A DNA stretch of 64,000 bases, from positions 20,584,001 to 20,648,000 of the forward strand of contig NC_043001.1 of the NCBI RefSeq assembly GCF_006345805.1, given 5' to 3'. Made by a program: the position numbers and the translations under genes. This document shows, one piece after another, positions 39,401-52,277 of this stretch (position 1 is the stretch's first letter; every line of letters starts with the position of its first letter). Under the pieces are notes generated by a model. It made no database searches and was not told the DNA's origin. It worked only from the letters and a program-made list of their open reading frames with translations. Source of the DNA: Octopus sinensis. Lineage: Eukaryota.

Positions 39401-42400
39401 TGCTGCTACTATTACTACTACTACTACTACTGCACACAACCCTTGGTCCATAGATGTCTTACCTCCACTCACTGCTTTTCTTCTGCTACTACAGCAAACT
39501 TCATTCTGCAGCATTGACTGCTCTCAAACTAATGTCACCCAAACAGCTTTACCTAACTCATCTCTCCTCTTCTCACCCACACTGTCCAGCCCCCAGATCC
39601 CTCACTAACCATTATACCCTTCCTCCTCAGAACTTTGCTCTCCTGGAATTGTCCCCTTGCATATGTTTTTCTGCAGCTGTCAAGAGGAAAAAATTATTAA
39701 CTGCTCAACCTCACTAATCTGAAAGAGCCTGTGAGGGCTACGGGCACGTTTCCTTTCCTCTAGACTAATCCAATGGAAAAAGGTTTCTTTACATATTTAT
39801 ACTATCTTTATTTTTGTAAGTAGTATGTGATCCTTTTAATTATTAACTGTCAATCATGAATTTCTAATGTTATTTCCAATATTTTTTACTATCATTTGGT
39901 ATCACTATTAATCCAGACATCTCCCCTTTTCTTTTTTTTATGAGGTGGTGCTACCATTCTTACTAACTAAATTATCTGAGAAACCTCATTCTTTTTTTTC
40001 TTGTATTATACTTCCTGTATCAGCTTGATGCAGAATTAGGGCCAATATCTGTTGATGAATATTTCCAATGGAATTTAACTTTGTATTTTATTAATTTTAT
40101 TCACCTCTGTGTATTAATGATTCTGTTGACTTGGTGTCTCACCAGTTTTATTGATCTTGATGTATTACTAATCTTACTGAACTCTGTATATTTACCAGTT
40201 TTAAAATTTTCACTAAAATATGGAATGAAGGGCCAAGTCAGTCGTTGCAAGATTTCAGTTTATGAAAAAAAAAACAAAGCATTTAACCAAATAATGTATT
40301 ATTTCTACCAACTCTTGATGCCGATCAGTTAACCCTTTTGGTACTAAACCTGCAATGATGGCCCTCTGATTCTGTGATACAAAATTTATTTTGAGGGGTT
40401 GATATTTCAATTAAAACCTTGCATCATAATTTTATATAAAAATCTTTTATTATATTCAGAATAGTAGTTTAGAAATGGAAAAGTTAGTTATTTTACTAAA
40501 TCCTTCCAAATCCCTTGATTATTTTCAAAATTAACTGAAACACGTGGTCAGTGTAATCCATTTTACTTTCCTATAACTGTTTCCTAAACATCAGATAAAG
40601 AGAAAGGCCCCAAAACATTAGACTCTAAATGCCTCACTACTGCAACTGAATGTATTAAACTTTTCCATTTCATCAGAAATATAGTCAAAAAAGTGTCATG
40701 GAAAGTGTAAAGTTCTTTACAGATGATGGTAAATGCTGGAGGTAACACAATGAAGGCATTAATTGGTCGGTCAGGGAGGTTTCTATTTTTTTTTTGTGTG
40801 TAAAATATATGTTGTTCTGATGAGATGCCTTCAGAGAAGAAGAGGTGGGATTATGGAACTAGATTGGGATAGTTCAGAGCCATGTTGAAGATGATAACTT
40901 GGATTACTATAGATTTGCATTTAAGAATGCAAGACTTATCAAACAAGATAGCTGGGAGAATTAAAAGCAAAACCTAAGGTAATGGATGTGAAGTATGTAG
41001 CAAAGTTATTTTACTGCAAAAATGTCTGTGTTCAGCAGAGATTGAAAGAGAAATTGCTCAAAGTGGTAACAGAACAGAATCCACAACCACAGTTACTGTA
41101 AGTTGAAAGGTTTTAGTTGTATCTTTACTTTGCTGCAAAGATTTTATATAAAAGAGTCATCTTGTGTTGCTATTTTTTAATAGTTACAAAAGTAAATAAA
41201 TGAGATGCAATATTTAAAACAACAAAGAAATATGCTACTTTGGAAACCTTTCTTATATTTTTTCTTTCTTTAAATTGAAAAAATAATTGTGAAAATATGT
41301 CTATATTCTGGCTGAGTGAAGCTTATTTACAACAATTTGGAAGTAAATCAAACATTTTCTTTCAAACTATTTTTTTATATTTAAATTAAATGGCAAAACA
41401 ATTTTCAATTATCTTTGTTGATTCAAAATACATTTTTTTTATTCAAATAAATTTTAAAATCCTATCTTGAATTTTGATTTGTATTTCACTGAACAATGTT
41501 TTATTTAAAAAAAAAAAACTTGATCTAAGTTACATTACCTTGTTTAGAAGATGATAATTCATTCAAAAAGTGGCAGCAACGTATATTTTTAGTAGCCTGA
41601 CTAAGGAATTGGTAAAGGATAGTGATATGACATCTTAGTCACAATATCATCTCTTAGACTCGTGGTTTAAAATGTTGCTGCCTTTGATAAATGATCAGAT
41701 AAAAGCAAAGTGGTACAAATACATCAGGCGGTGAGCTGGCAGAAACGTTAGCACGCCGGGCGAAATGCTTAGCGGTATTTCGTTTTGTCTTTATGTTCTG
41801 AGTTCAAATTCTGCCAAGGTTGACTTTGCCTTTCATCCTTTCGGGATCTATTAAATAAGTACCAGTTACGCACTGGGGTCAATACAATCGACTTAATCCG
41901 TTTGTATGTCCTTGTTTGTCCTCTCTGTGTTTAGCCCCTTGTGGGTAGTAAAGAAATAGGTATTTCGTCTGCCGCTACGTTCTGAGTTCAAATTCCGCTG
42001 AGGTTGACTTTGCCTTTCATCCTTTCGGGGTCAATTAGATAAGTACCAGTTATGCACTGGGGTCGATATAATCGACTTAATCCGTTTGTCCTCTCTGTGT
42101 TTAGCCCCTTGTGGATAGTAAAGATATAGGTACAAATACATCCAGCATTGAAAATATCAAGCTATGTAGGTATAATGTTAGCTACTCATTTTGTTGAACA
42201 GGTAGTACAGAAAAGTTTTTCATCAATGGCAGGCACGATCTACTAAAGAGGTAGAGAAAATGCAGTGGAAGAAGTGATTACAATGATAAACTAGTGAACA
42301 TTGTCATGAAAGCTAAGGAGATCAACAGTAAAATTAGTACAAGACAGAGCTGGGAGTTGGTAACATGTAATTTGACATTCTTGATTTAATGTCCATGTTC

Positions 42401-43357
42401 CAAGCTGGCATGGATTGGACAGTTTGACAGGATCCTTGGGGTACAAAAACTGCATTGTGTTCCATGCTTTAGTGCGGTTTCTACAGCTGGGTACCCTTCC
42501 TAACACCAACCACTTTACAGCATGTACAGGGTACTTATTCATGCCAGCAGTAATAGTGAGATCACCATGCAACAAGAAAGGCTATGGAATTTGAGGTGGA
42601 AAGGGTGGCCTTGTTAGAGAGAAGTTGCATGGCTACTTGCATATAGAAGAGAGGGTGAAAATGATAAATAGGAGCCGCAATTTTAGGATGCTCCTCAACA
42701 TACAAGGTGGGTATCCCCTTCATCTTACCCCCTTGTAGCTAAAAGAAATCATTGTTGTTATCACCTCCGCTTTAGCGAAGGCGGAGATATAGTTTTCAGT
42801 CATGTTTGTTTGTTTGTCTATGGACAAGATATCTCAAAAACCACTGGATGGATTCGGATGAAACTTTCAGGGATGTTTGGTCTTGTGACTGGCATGAACT
42901 GATTAGATTTGGGGATTGATTCTGTACCAGACAAGGATTCTGAATTATTTTTCCTGTATTTTACTTAATTTTTCAGAGTGGTCGGGTTCATTTTTAGTAT
43001 TATCATTTGTGAGAACAATCAAGTTTATTTCAGATATTCTCGTTTTAAAAATCATCTCTGGCTAATCATTGAGAGGACGCTGGTGCTGCCTTGGCTCTTA
43101 TTATTATTATTATTATTATTATTTAAGGTGGTGAGCTGGCAGACTTGTTAGCATGCCTGGTGGCGAAATGCTTAGTGGTATTTTTCTCTTCTCTACATTC
43201 TGAATTCAAATTCTGCTGAGGTCAACTTTGCCTTTTCATCCTTTCAGGGTCAATAAAATAAGTACCAGTTGAAGACTGGGGTCAATGTAATTGATGCACC
43301 TCCTCCCCTCATAATGTCTGCCCTTGTGGCAAAATTTGAAACCATTATTATTATTAT

Positions 43358-43914
43358 TGTGTGAGAGAGCAGTGCATGCCATCAAAGTGACACTGGGGTA
43401 AAATATACGAAGCCTAATATACCCATCATGACTACCCGTCTAATAAGGGTACACCAGGCACATGCATCACAACTGTATGTGCGCGATGTGGTGATCGCAT
43501 ATCAAGATAAACAGCACATGAGCTTGCAGGTGGGGCCCAGTTAGAATTTTCTTCTGGTCGAGTAACCCATCCCACTCAAAAGGTCCCTGAATAAGGGTTG
43601 TTTAAGGATGTTGAACAAAACACCCATGTTTCCAAAGGTGAATTATTCAAACCCCAAAGAATCCCTCTCAACACATGGCTATGATGCTCCCCCACTACTT
43701 CTGCTCGTGATCAGAGATGCACATATCGCCAGCCACCAAGGGACATGCTCAACTGGTTACGGTCAAACAACCGACAAGCAAATCTGTGGTATTTAGCAGA
43801 ATATTTGCTGTAGCCCATCTTTTATACCAAGACAAAACAATGTACAGGATAACACTTCCAATCAATTAAGATCAGAAGCCAGGAGAGCCACTGTCTGGTA
43901 CTGCATCAGGGCCC

Positions 43915-43950
<36 letters not shown>
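43358..43950 (+). mobile_element. Unclassified interspersed repeat with (TTA)n tail (probable retroposon 3' end)
   Basis: Shared with 6670-7125, which lacks about 125 bp internally. No coding signature recognised. Confidence 0.65.
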
Positions 43951-43952
<2 letters not shown>

Positions 43953-45122
43953 GGTGGTGAGTTGGCAGAATCATTAGGAAATCAGTGAAAATGCTTAGCA
44001 GTGTTTCATTGATCTTTACATTCTGAGTTCAAATTCTGCTATGGTCAACTTTCCCTTTCATCATCTTGGGGTCAATAACATACATACCAGTCAAGCACTG
44101 GGGTCAAATGTAATCAACAAGAAACCTCACCGCCAAATTTCAGGCCTTGCGCCTATAGTAGAAAAGATTATTATTATTAGCATTCTCATGTCCGGAAGAC
44201 TGCAACAGAAGATTTACATGTGCGGCATTTCTGGGAAATATATTGTTAATGCCTGCCAGACTTGTTTAACCCATTAGCATTTAAACTGGTTGTATCCACC
44301 CAAAATATTCCTCCTGTTTTATTTTCAAACTGGCCAGATCCAGCCACTCATACCTACCCTACAATGTTAATCTAAAAATTTACAGTCATATAATCAAAAT
44401 CTCAGGGCTACAAAATAATGCAGAATAAATTCAAAACAATGTGAACTAGAAAAGCACTCGGAGAGCGCAGACCTCCGCCAAGCAGCTCATTTCCACCCAT
44501 ATACATGCATACTGAAAATCGCCCAATTTCCCAAACCAACGCCAGCAAAAATATAACCTCCTTGGCAGGATTTTAAAAAAATAACGCAGCCATATGATTT
44601 TTTTAAAAAAAAAACCCTTTAAAAACAGGAATCATCTGAAGCAGTTATGATACATCAAAGACAACAGTAAGCTAGTTTCACAGCGGCGGTGGAAGGAGCA
44701 AAGCCTGAGATTTTTGAGTCGATCCCAATAGTCAAGGCTTGTCGTGTCATCCTCTGCAGACCTCCGCCAAGCAGCTCATTCTAAGATAGATACGCTAGTA
44801 AAATTACTAATAGAGAAACGAAAATAAACTTTGGAAACAGCAACGCCACAATACGTTAAGTGGAAACGATGAACGTGTTTTCAAGGGAGATAATCAAAGA
44901 ACGTAACCTAATACTTCATGTAAAGTAAATATAACAAATGAAAAATCCTTCAAGAATCCATAAAAATTCGCATATCACTACCAAAATTTCATCATCTGTT
45001 CCTTGTGTCATTACCAACTTTTCCTGTAAGTTTCATCAAATTTTGCACACAAACGGACAAACCAACACCGATGAAAACATAACCTCTTTCCTTGCAGAGG
45101 TAATAAATAAGCATTACATTTA

Positions 45123-46389
45123 TGCACAGGGACAATAGACACCACAGACACTCAGAAAACAGATTCCATCACACTCCAGGGAGAGAAACTAGAAGTAGTT
45201 GATAGTTTCCGCTACCTGGGTGACCAAGTTAGTAGTGGAGGTGGATGCACAGAGAGTATTACCACTAGAATACGAATAGCCTGGGCAAAGTTCAGAAAGC
45301 ACCTACCCCTACTGGCGACAAAGGGTCTCTCCCTCAGAGCGAAAGGTAGATTGTATGATGCATGTGTGCGAACTGCCATGCTTCACGGTAGTGAAACATG
45401 GGCTGTGACTACAGAGGACATGTGTAGACTTGAAAGAAATGAAGCTAGCATGATCCGCTGGATGTGTAATGTCAGTGTGCACGCACGACAGAGTGTAAGC
45501 ACCCTGAGAGAAATGTTGGATATAAGAAGCATCAGATGTGGTGTGCAAGAGCGACGCTTGTGATGGTATGGTCATGTGCTGCGGATGGATGAGGAGAGAT
45601 GTGTGAAGAAGTGCCACTCCCAAACAGTTGAAGGTATCAGGGGGAGAGGTAGACCCAGGAAGACATGGGATGAGGTAGTCAAGCATGACCTCAGAGCGTT
45701 GGGCCTCACTGAGGCAATGGCGAAGGACCGAGATCTCTGGAGATATGCTGTGACTGCAAAGACCCGGGCTGCTTCCTGCATCAGTTCCGCATAGCCCCTG
45801 CCCATTCAAAGTACCCCGGATCCCAGAACGTCCCGCTGTGCTTGAGGAGACCTGTTGAGTCAAGTACATGAACATGAACGTCGAAATAAATATCAATGAA
45901 AATAGTAGTTGTGATGCCTGTGCCGGTGGCACATAAAAAGCACTATCCGAACGTGGCCAATGCCAGCGCCGCCCCGACTGGCTCCTGTGCCGGTGGCACA
46001 TAAAAAGACCATCCGAACGTTGCCAGCACCGCCTTGGCTGGCTTCCATGCCGCTGGCACGTTAAATGCTCCAACCGGTCGTGACCGATGCTGGTGGCACG
46101 TGCAGGTGGCACGTAAAAAGCATCCACTACACTCGCGGAGTGGTTGGCGTTAGGAAGGGTATCCAGCCGTAGAAACTCTGCCAGATGCTGGTGACCGTGC
46201 AGGTGGCACGTAAAAAGCATCCACTACACTCGCGGAGTGGTTGGCGTTAGGAAGGGCATCCAGCCGTAGAAACTCTGCCAGATCAGACTGGATCCTGGAG
46301 CAGCCCCTGGCTTCCCAGACCCCGGTCGAACTGTCCAACCCGTGCTAGCGCGGAAAACGGACGTTGAACGATGATGATGATGATGATGA
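45123..46389 (+). mobile_element. 5'-truncated RTE-clade LINE: reverse-transcriptase C-terminus, 3' UTR and (GAT)n tail
   Basis: One frame from 45123: ...KLEVVDSFRYLGDQVSSGGGC...AWAKFR...YDACVRTAMLHGSETW...ERRL*WYGHVLRM...RGRGRPRKTW...DRDLWRYAV. One premature TGA at 45561; stop at 45794. The 3' UTR is the same family as the window's commonest repeat. Confidence 0.92.
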
Positions 46390-46698
46390 CTTAAAAGAAT
46401 AATCTGAATGTTAAAGGGTTAAATGCAGTTGGAATTCTTTAAAATAAAACAATTTCCCTAGGCCAGAATGTGAAAAAGGGTGAGGGACGTAATTGTCTTT
46501 ACTAAACAATAGATTAATTAAACTTAGAGCACAGGCATGGCCATGTGGTTCAGGAGTTCATTTCACAATTGTGTGGTTTGACATTTTGTTCCATTGTTTG
46601 GTACTTTGGACAAGCATCTCCTACTACGGCACCAGGCTAAGCAATGCCTTGAGTGAATTTGGCTGACAGAAACTGAAGAAGCCTGTTTTATATATATA

Positions 46699-47241
46699 TT
46701 AAGTTGTCTGGAAAGCTTGTGCCAATTTATAGTAGCTTACCTTTCGATTTATTTTAGAACATGGTTGAGTCCATAAAATAGGATTTGACTGCACCTCCAT
46801 TTAGAGCACAGTTTAAGCTATCTTTTCATGGAAGAAGGTTTATGTTCCTATAACCTGTGTTAATTCTGTAACCCTTTAAAATGGAAGATAAGAAAGTTCA
46901 TTTTCGGCACTTGATGCTTTGGGAACCAGACAAAAATTGCTGCAGCTCGGCTGGGATATGTTACCCGACCCTCCTGGATTTCCACTTATTCAGGTCTCTG
47001 TAGAATAGTCTTAATAATAAAAATTTCAATTCCTTGGATGACATAAAAAGATACCTTGATGAATTCTTTGCTAAGGAAATCACCTCAGTTCGGGGAAGAG
47101 GGTATTTTAAAGTTAAAGGAAAGATGGAGACGCATTGTGCAAAAAATGGTTCATATTTGGTTGATTAAAAATATAATGGCAAGTATTTATTGACCTTTTT
47201 CTTTCCTTTAAAAATCAGCACAAACTTTCCAGACAACCCAA
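46699..47241 (+). mobile_element. Internally deleted mariner (543 bp) inserted in the (TA)n tract of a family A SINE
   Basis: TIRs ttaagttgtctggaaagcttgtgc / gcacaaactttccagacaacccaa with TA flanks. MEDKKVHFRHLMLWE is joined directly to RQKLLQLGWDMLP...FHLFRSL...ERWRRIV. Confidence 0.88.
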
Positions 47242-47889
47242 TATATTATATGTTGGTATGTATGTATGCACATGTGTGTGTGTGTCTTTTGTGTTTGTCC
47301 CTACACACCTTGACAAAGTGTTGGTTTCTTTGCATACCAGACTTAAAAAGAGAATGAGTGCCTGGGCCAAACCTTTGTGGCAGTGCCCCACCATGGCCAT
47401 AGATTAAAACAAGCCAAGTAAAAGAAATAAAAGAAAAAAATATCACTTCAAATCATAACAGATCTGCAAATCATAAAAATTACTGTGAGTTTTTTTCTTC
47501 TTTTTTCAGGAATTATAAAGTAACAATTGTGATAACGAGTGAGGAATGCATTAATCAGGAATTTTAATTGCTTTGTTTAGATGAGTCCATCCTTAAACAA
47601 ACCTTCATCCTACAATTGCTTAAACTACGTAAGAGATTCAAATTCCTGTCAAGAACCCCCAAGTGATTTTATTGATGAACCTCATAGAAATAGCAGCCAA
47701 ATTTCCCTCATATCATACTTTACCAGCTTAAAGAAAGAAACACTATGTTAGATAATCCAATCTAATTCTAAATTGACTGGTCACTTCTTCCTGTGCATTA
47801 TTCTATGTCTTGTTCATGCAATTGTGGCTACTTTTTCTGATGAGTTGTGCACCTGAGCACTGTATATAATAAGTTCATTATTATTATTA

Positions 47890-48475
47890 TGAATCCATAG
47901 TGAGGATTGCCCCGCTGACCTCCTTTAACCGGGAGGGCAAGGCAATTTTCCTTTGCCTAGTGGCTGTAGCGAAAGAGGTGGTATGGTGGACCTGTTTGAA
48001 AGGGCTAAGGTCAGACACTTTCCTCTTTGGACAAGGCCTCATCAACTTTTTCAAGTTCCATTTGAAAAGGAAGATGAGAGTAGAGAGGGAAGTGCTGATT
48101 CATAGCAAATTCATTGAAAGATGGGTGAATGTCGGAAGAATGGCCAGTATGAACGGACCAATTCTGAGGATACACCTGTAAAAAAAAAAGGTAATATAAA
48201 AGGAGAAAGGGGCTCTCTACCCCACTTTTGACCAGGCTCCCGTGGCTTTTATGGGTTTTTTCCACGAGTAACCTTTCGAAGCGCCTCCCCCTATTGGGAG
48301 TTTTAATTGTTAAATATTTTCCCTGTTATCTCTGAATTTTTACATGGATTTTTTCAAACGGACAAAACCCTTTTGTAACTTTCGTCCTGTTTTTGACCCT
48401 ACATGTTTTAATTGATTTTTGTTAGCCCTTGTGGCCAATAAATGAATTAATTATTATTATTATTATTATTATTAT
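47890..48475 (+). mobile_element. Tx1/L1-type LINE 3' fragment
   Basis: ...FLCLVAVAKEVVWWT...FFKFHLKRKMRVERE...FIERW matches the AK.xW...E...F..W pattern of Tx1/L1 ORF2 ends. Followed by a UTR, AATAAA and (TTA)n. Confidence 0.65.
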
Positions 48476-49051
48476 CTGAAGAAAAGAAAATCAGATGAAT
48501 AGAACAATTTTGATCATAGATCTGTTTAATTAAGATTAAATAGATCTATGATCTTGGGGATTAAATGACATCTTAAAAGAGCTTCACAACAAAGAATCAT
48601 TCATATACGTAGACTGGTGTTCTCTTTCATTAGAAAAGGAAACTTTTAGTTGGTCTCAGCTTGCAATTGCAGTCAGTTGCTTTATATTACTAAATGTACT
48701 ACGCACACACACGTGTGCGTGTGCTCAGTAGTTAGAGCATTGGGCTTATGATATAATCGTGAGGTTGTGAGTTTGATTCCCAAACCAGGCTGTGTTGTGT
48801 TCTTGAGCAAGACATTTTATTTCCTGTCGCTCCAGTTCACTCAGTTGTAGAAATGAGTTGCAACATCACTGGTGCCAAACTGTATCGGCCCCTTTGCCTT
48901 TCCCTTGAACAACATTTGTAACATGAATGGGGGGGGACTAGTATGCATGAGCAACTACTGGTCTTCCACAAACGACCTTGCCCAGATTTGTGCCTCAGAG
49001 AGAAACTTTCTAGGTGCAATTCCATGATCATTCATGACCAAAAGGGGTCTT

Positions 49052-49106
<55 letters not shown>

Positions 49107-50519
49107 AGACTTTTTCTATTCCTGAGCGTTATACTAATACATCTGTTTGTTTTGTACACCACCTGTCTTCGTCTTTTGTTTTTTTCGTAAACTCTCCCTA
49201 TATATATATATATATATATATATATCTGTGTGTGTGTGTGTGTGTATTGTTTTCATGTTTTAGATTGGCTTGAAAAATTGTTAAGAACTAATGATAGCCT
49301 TAATACACAAATAATCTTTATTCACCAATGCAGTGTTGACTCATTTGCATTGTTTGATATCTATGTATGTGTATGTGTATATATATATATATATATATCC
49401 CGTGGCTGGCTCTTGTGCTGGTGGCACACAATAAGCACCATGCATGAATGGGTTGTTGATAATGCTGCCTGACTGGCTCCTGTGCTGGTGGCATGTAAAA
49501 AGCACCCACTACACTCTCGGAATGGTTGTCATTAGGAAGGGCATCCAGCTGTAAAAACACTACCAGATCAGATTGGAACTTAGCACAGCCTCCTGGCTTA
49601 CCAGTCCTCAGTGAAATCGTCCAACCCATGCCAGCATAGAAAACGGACGTTAAACGATAATGATAATGATACATATATTGTATCTGTAAAAGACTGTCTT
49701 CGATTATGCTCCATAGTTCATCAGTCAATTGCTTTGTGAATAATATGAATCTTGTTTGTATAACAGATAATATCTTCAGTTTCTTTCCACAAATTAGATA
49801 GTGTTTGTTGAAAGTGTTACACACACACAGACCATTGAAGTATATGTGATGTTATAGACTACATAGAAAGCAGTGGATTAATAGAATCGGTAGAGCGCAG
49901 ACAAAATGCTGGATACATTTACACTGAGTTCAAATCCTTCCAATGTCAACTTTATCTTTCATCCTTTTGAAATCAATAAAATAATTATCATTTGAGTACT
50001 GAGGTTGATCTAATCAGTCAGGCTCATACCCAACATTTGAGTTTCTGTGCCTATGTAAGAAATCTATCTCTTATTATAAAAGGCAGATTTTATCTGCCTC
50101 CCTTTGGGAGTTATACAAATCTACAATATAGGATTTCTTCAATTACAATTTACCTAGCATTTTTAAGAGTACAATGCATCGCGTCATGCCAGGTCCAGTT
50201 TTTAAAATTTAAACTCCAATTAAGCAAAATTTACAGAAAACTCACATTCTGGTGTGTGTGTCAAATGCTTTTCTTAGTCTGGTTTACATCACACGCAAAC
50301 GCACACACACAGTGGGCAACGAATAAAATGAAAGTAAATAGCGACAGAGTGATTTGAGGAAGACTAAACTGAAAGTATTCTGTCTATGACGCTGATAGAT
50401 ACATGAGTAAAATGTATGGGAAGCTAAGAGCTAAGAGTGAGTGAAAATAGCGAGAGAGAGAGTGATTTGAGGAAGACTTTCATTAAATAACCGTAGTGGC
50501 TTGTGTTAGTAATAAAGTA

Positions 50520-50568
50520 AACATACACTCATACATACATACATACATACATACATACATACATACAA

Positions 50569-50599
<31 letters not shown>

Positions 50600-50705
50600 T
50601 ACACACACACATACATACACACACACATACATACATACACACATACATACATACATACATATACATACATACATACATACACACACACACATACACACAC
50701 ACACA
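50520..50705. repeat. Compound (ATAC)n/(AC)n microsatellite
   Basis: Directly visible. It explains the H/T/Y- and V/C/M-rich ORFs in the track. Confidence 0.95.
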
Positions 50706-50879
50706 GTATTGAAGCTTGAGAACAATCAGATACATTTGCAACACATCTGTTGAAAATATTATTGTTCACACACATACATATACATATATACATACAGACA
50801 GACAGACGGATAGACACACACACACACACACACATGATCCAGCATGGCCACAACCTCAAGGCTGAAACATATAAAAGAA

Positions 50880-51260
50880 TAACAGAATATAAATGTGTGC
50901 AAAGTACAAGAAATATTAATGCAGTATATGGGGATTGGACAATAAGCGTAAGGCAGTGTCAATGGTGGTTCCAGAAATCCCGAGCCATAAACTACAGCCT
51001 AGAAGACGAGCCTCATCCTGAAAGATCTGTAGAACTCGACAAGGACATCCTGAAAACCCTGGTGGAACAAAATCTCATCGTAACTGTTGAGGAACTAGCA
51101 GAGAAGCTTGGATTTGGTCATTCAACCATTCATTGAGACCTGTGTGCTATCGGAAAAGTCAGCAAATTGGGTCAATGGGTTCCTCACGAACTTTCCGAGT
51201 CTAATTGCATGCAGCGAGTGAATGTATGCTTTTCTTTGCTGTCACATCTCACCACTACTG
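50880..51260 (+). mobile_element. Mariner transposase N-terminal (HTH) fragment
   Basis: RNINAVYG...RQCQWWFQK...LEDEPHPERS...TVEELAEKLGFGHSTIH*...KVSKLGQWVPHEL (WVPHEL motif). Ends at a Helitron-like insertion. Confidence 0.85.
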
Positions 51261-51271
51261 CGCTGTGTATA

Positions 51272-52277
51272 TCTATATGTATAAAACTGTAGTTGTGTGA
51301 GTGTCTGTCCCCTTCGATTTAGATTCCTAACTACTCCCACATTTTGCGGTGCAGTTTAACCAAATTCGGGTAGCTTATAGTCGTGATTCATATCGAGCCC
51401 GTCTGAATATTAGCGCGTGTCTACGATGAGTCTACGATTTTAAAAATAATTTAACATCATTTTTTATTCCATTTTAATGCATAATTTTTCGTGTGTCGAT
51501 GGCAGCGGAGTTGGCGTCCACGCTCACACCTGCACCTGTGGGGAAGGGAGTGTAAGGAAATCAACGTCGTAATGCGTTGTCAAGGAGACCAGTGTTCTTT
51601 TAGAACAACGACTTCATGGCTTGAAGACACCAAAACAGAAATGGCTAAGAAAGCGTCTACATGAGTCTACGATTTAAAAAAAATTTACCATCGTTTTTTT
51701 TCCATTTTAATGCATTTTTTCGCTATTATATAAGGGAAGTAACTCTCTAAAAATGTCTACGATGAGTCAACGATTTTAAAAAAAATTTACCATCATATTT
51801 TTTCCATTTTTAATGCATTTTTTGCTATTTTTTTGCTATAACTCTCTAAAAATGCTTATATAGTTATTTCCCTTACAAACCCGAGCAACGCCGGGCGATA
51901 CTGCTAGTATATATATAAACAGCGAAATGTCTGTCTGTGTGTGTATGTGTGTTCTTTATACAAATCCACAATTTTTCAGTTAGAGGGCTCGCACTTTCTA
52001 TGGTCATTCAAAACCGTCCAAGGGTGGTCGTGCACATCTCTACCTTTCCCCAGTCACCCCGCAAAGCCATTAAAAAATCAATAGAAGTGACTTTTTTGTG
52101 AATTTTCTATCCAAAACCCAATCAAAGTGCCCAAAACTTGATACACCAATTGAATGCCAGCTAGCTGTATGTGATTGGTCAGGGATCTGGACTGTACTCA
52201 CGTGTATATGTGCACGCACACAGCTGGGTATGCATGCACTAGCACTATGACCCGGCAACACCAGGTCATAGTGCTAG
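51272..52277 (+). mobile_element. Two head-to-tail Helitron-like elements (51272-51907 and 51908-52277)
   Basis: Each ends in a hairpin + CTAG. The first starts A|TC and carries three gtctacgatgagtc-type internal repeats. Confidence 0.75.

Noticed and set aside
41039-41097. Plus-strand cag...gtaagt exon candidate
   Set aside because: Weak pyrimidine tract, immediate stop in the phase left by E11, and no recognisable homology.
45309-46220. 303-aa minus-strand ORF, the longest in the track
   Set aside because: It is the antisense of the RTE RT C-terminus and 3' UTR and has no protein-like features of its own.
50483-50859. Cluster of MYVC/HTYI-repeat ORFs
   Set aside because: Translations of a compound microsatellite.
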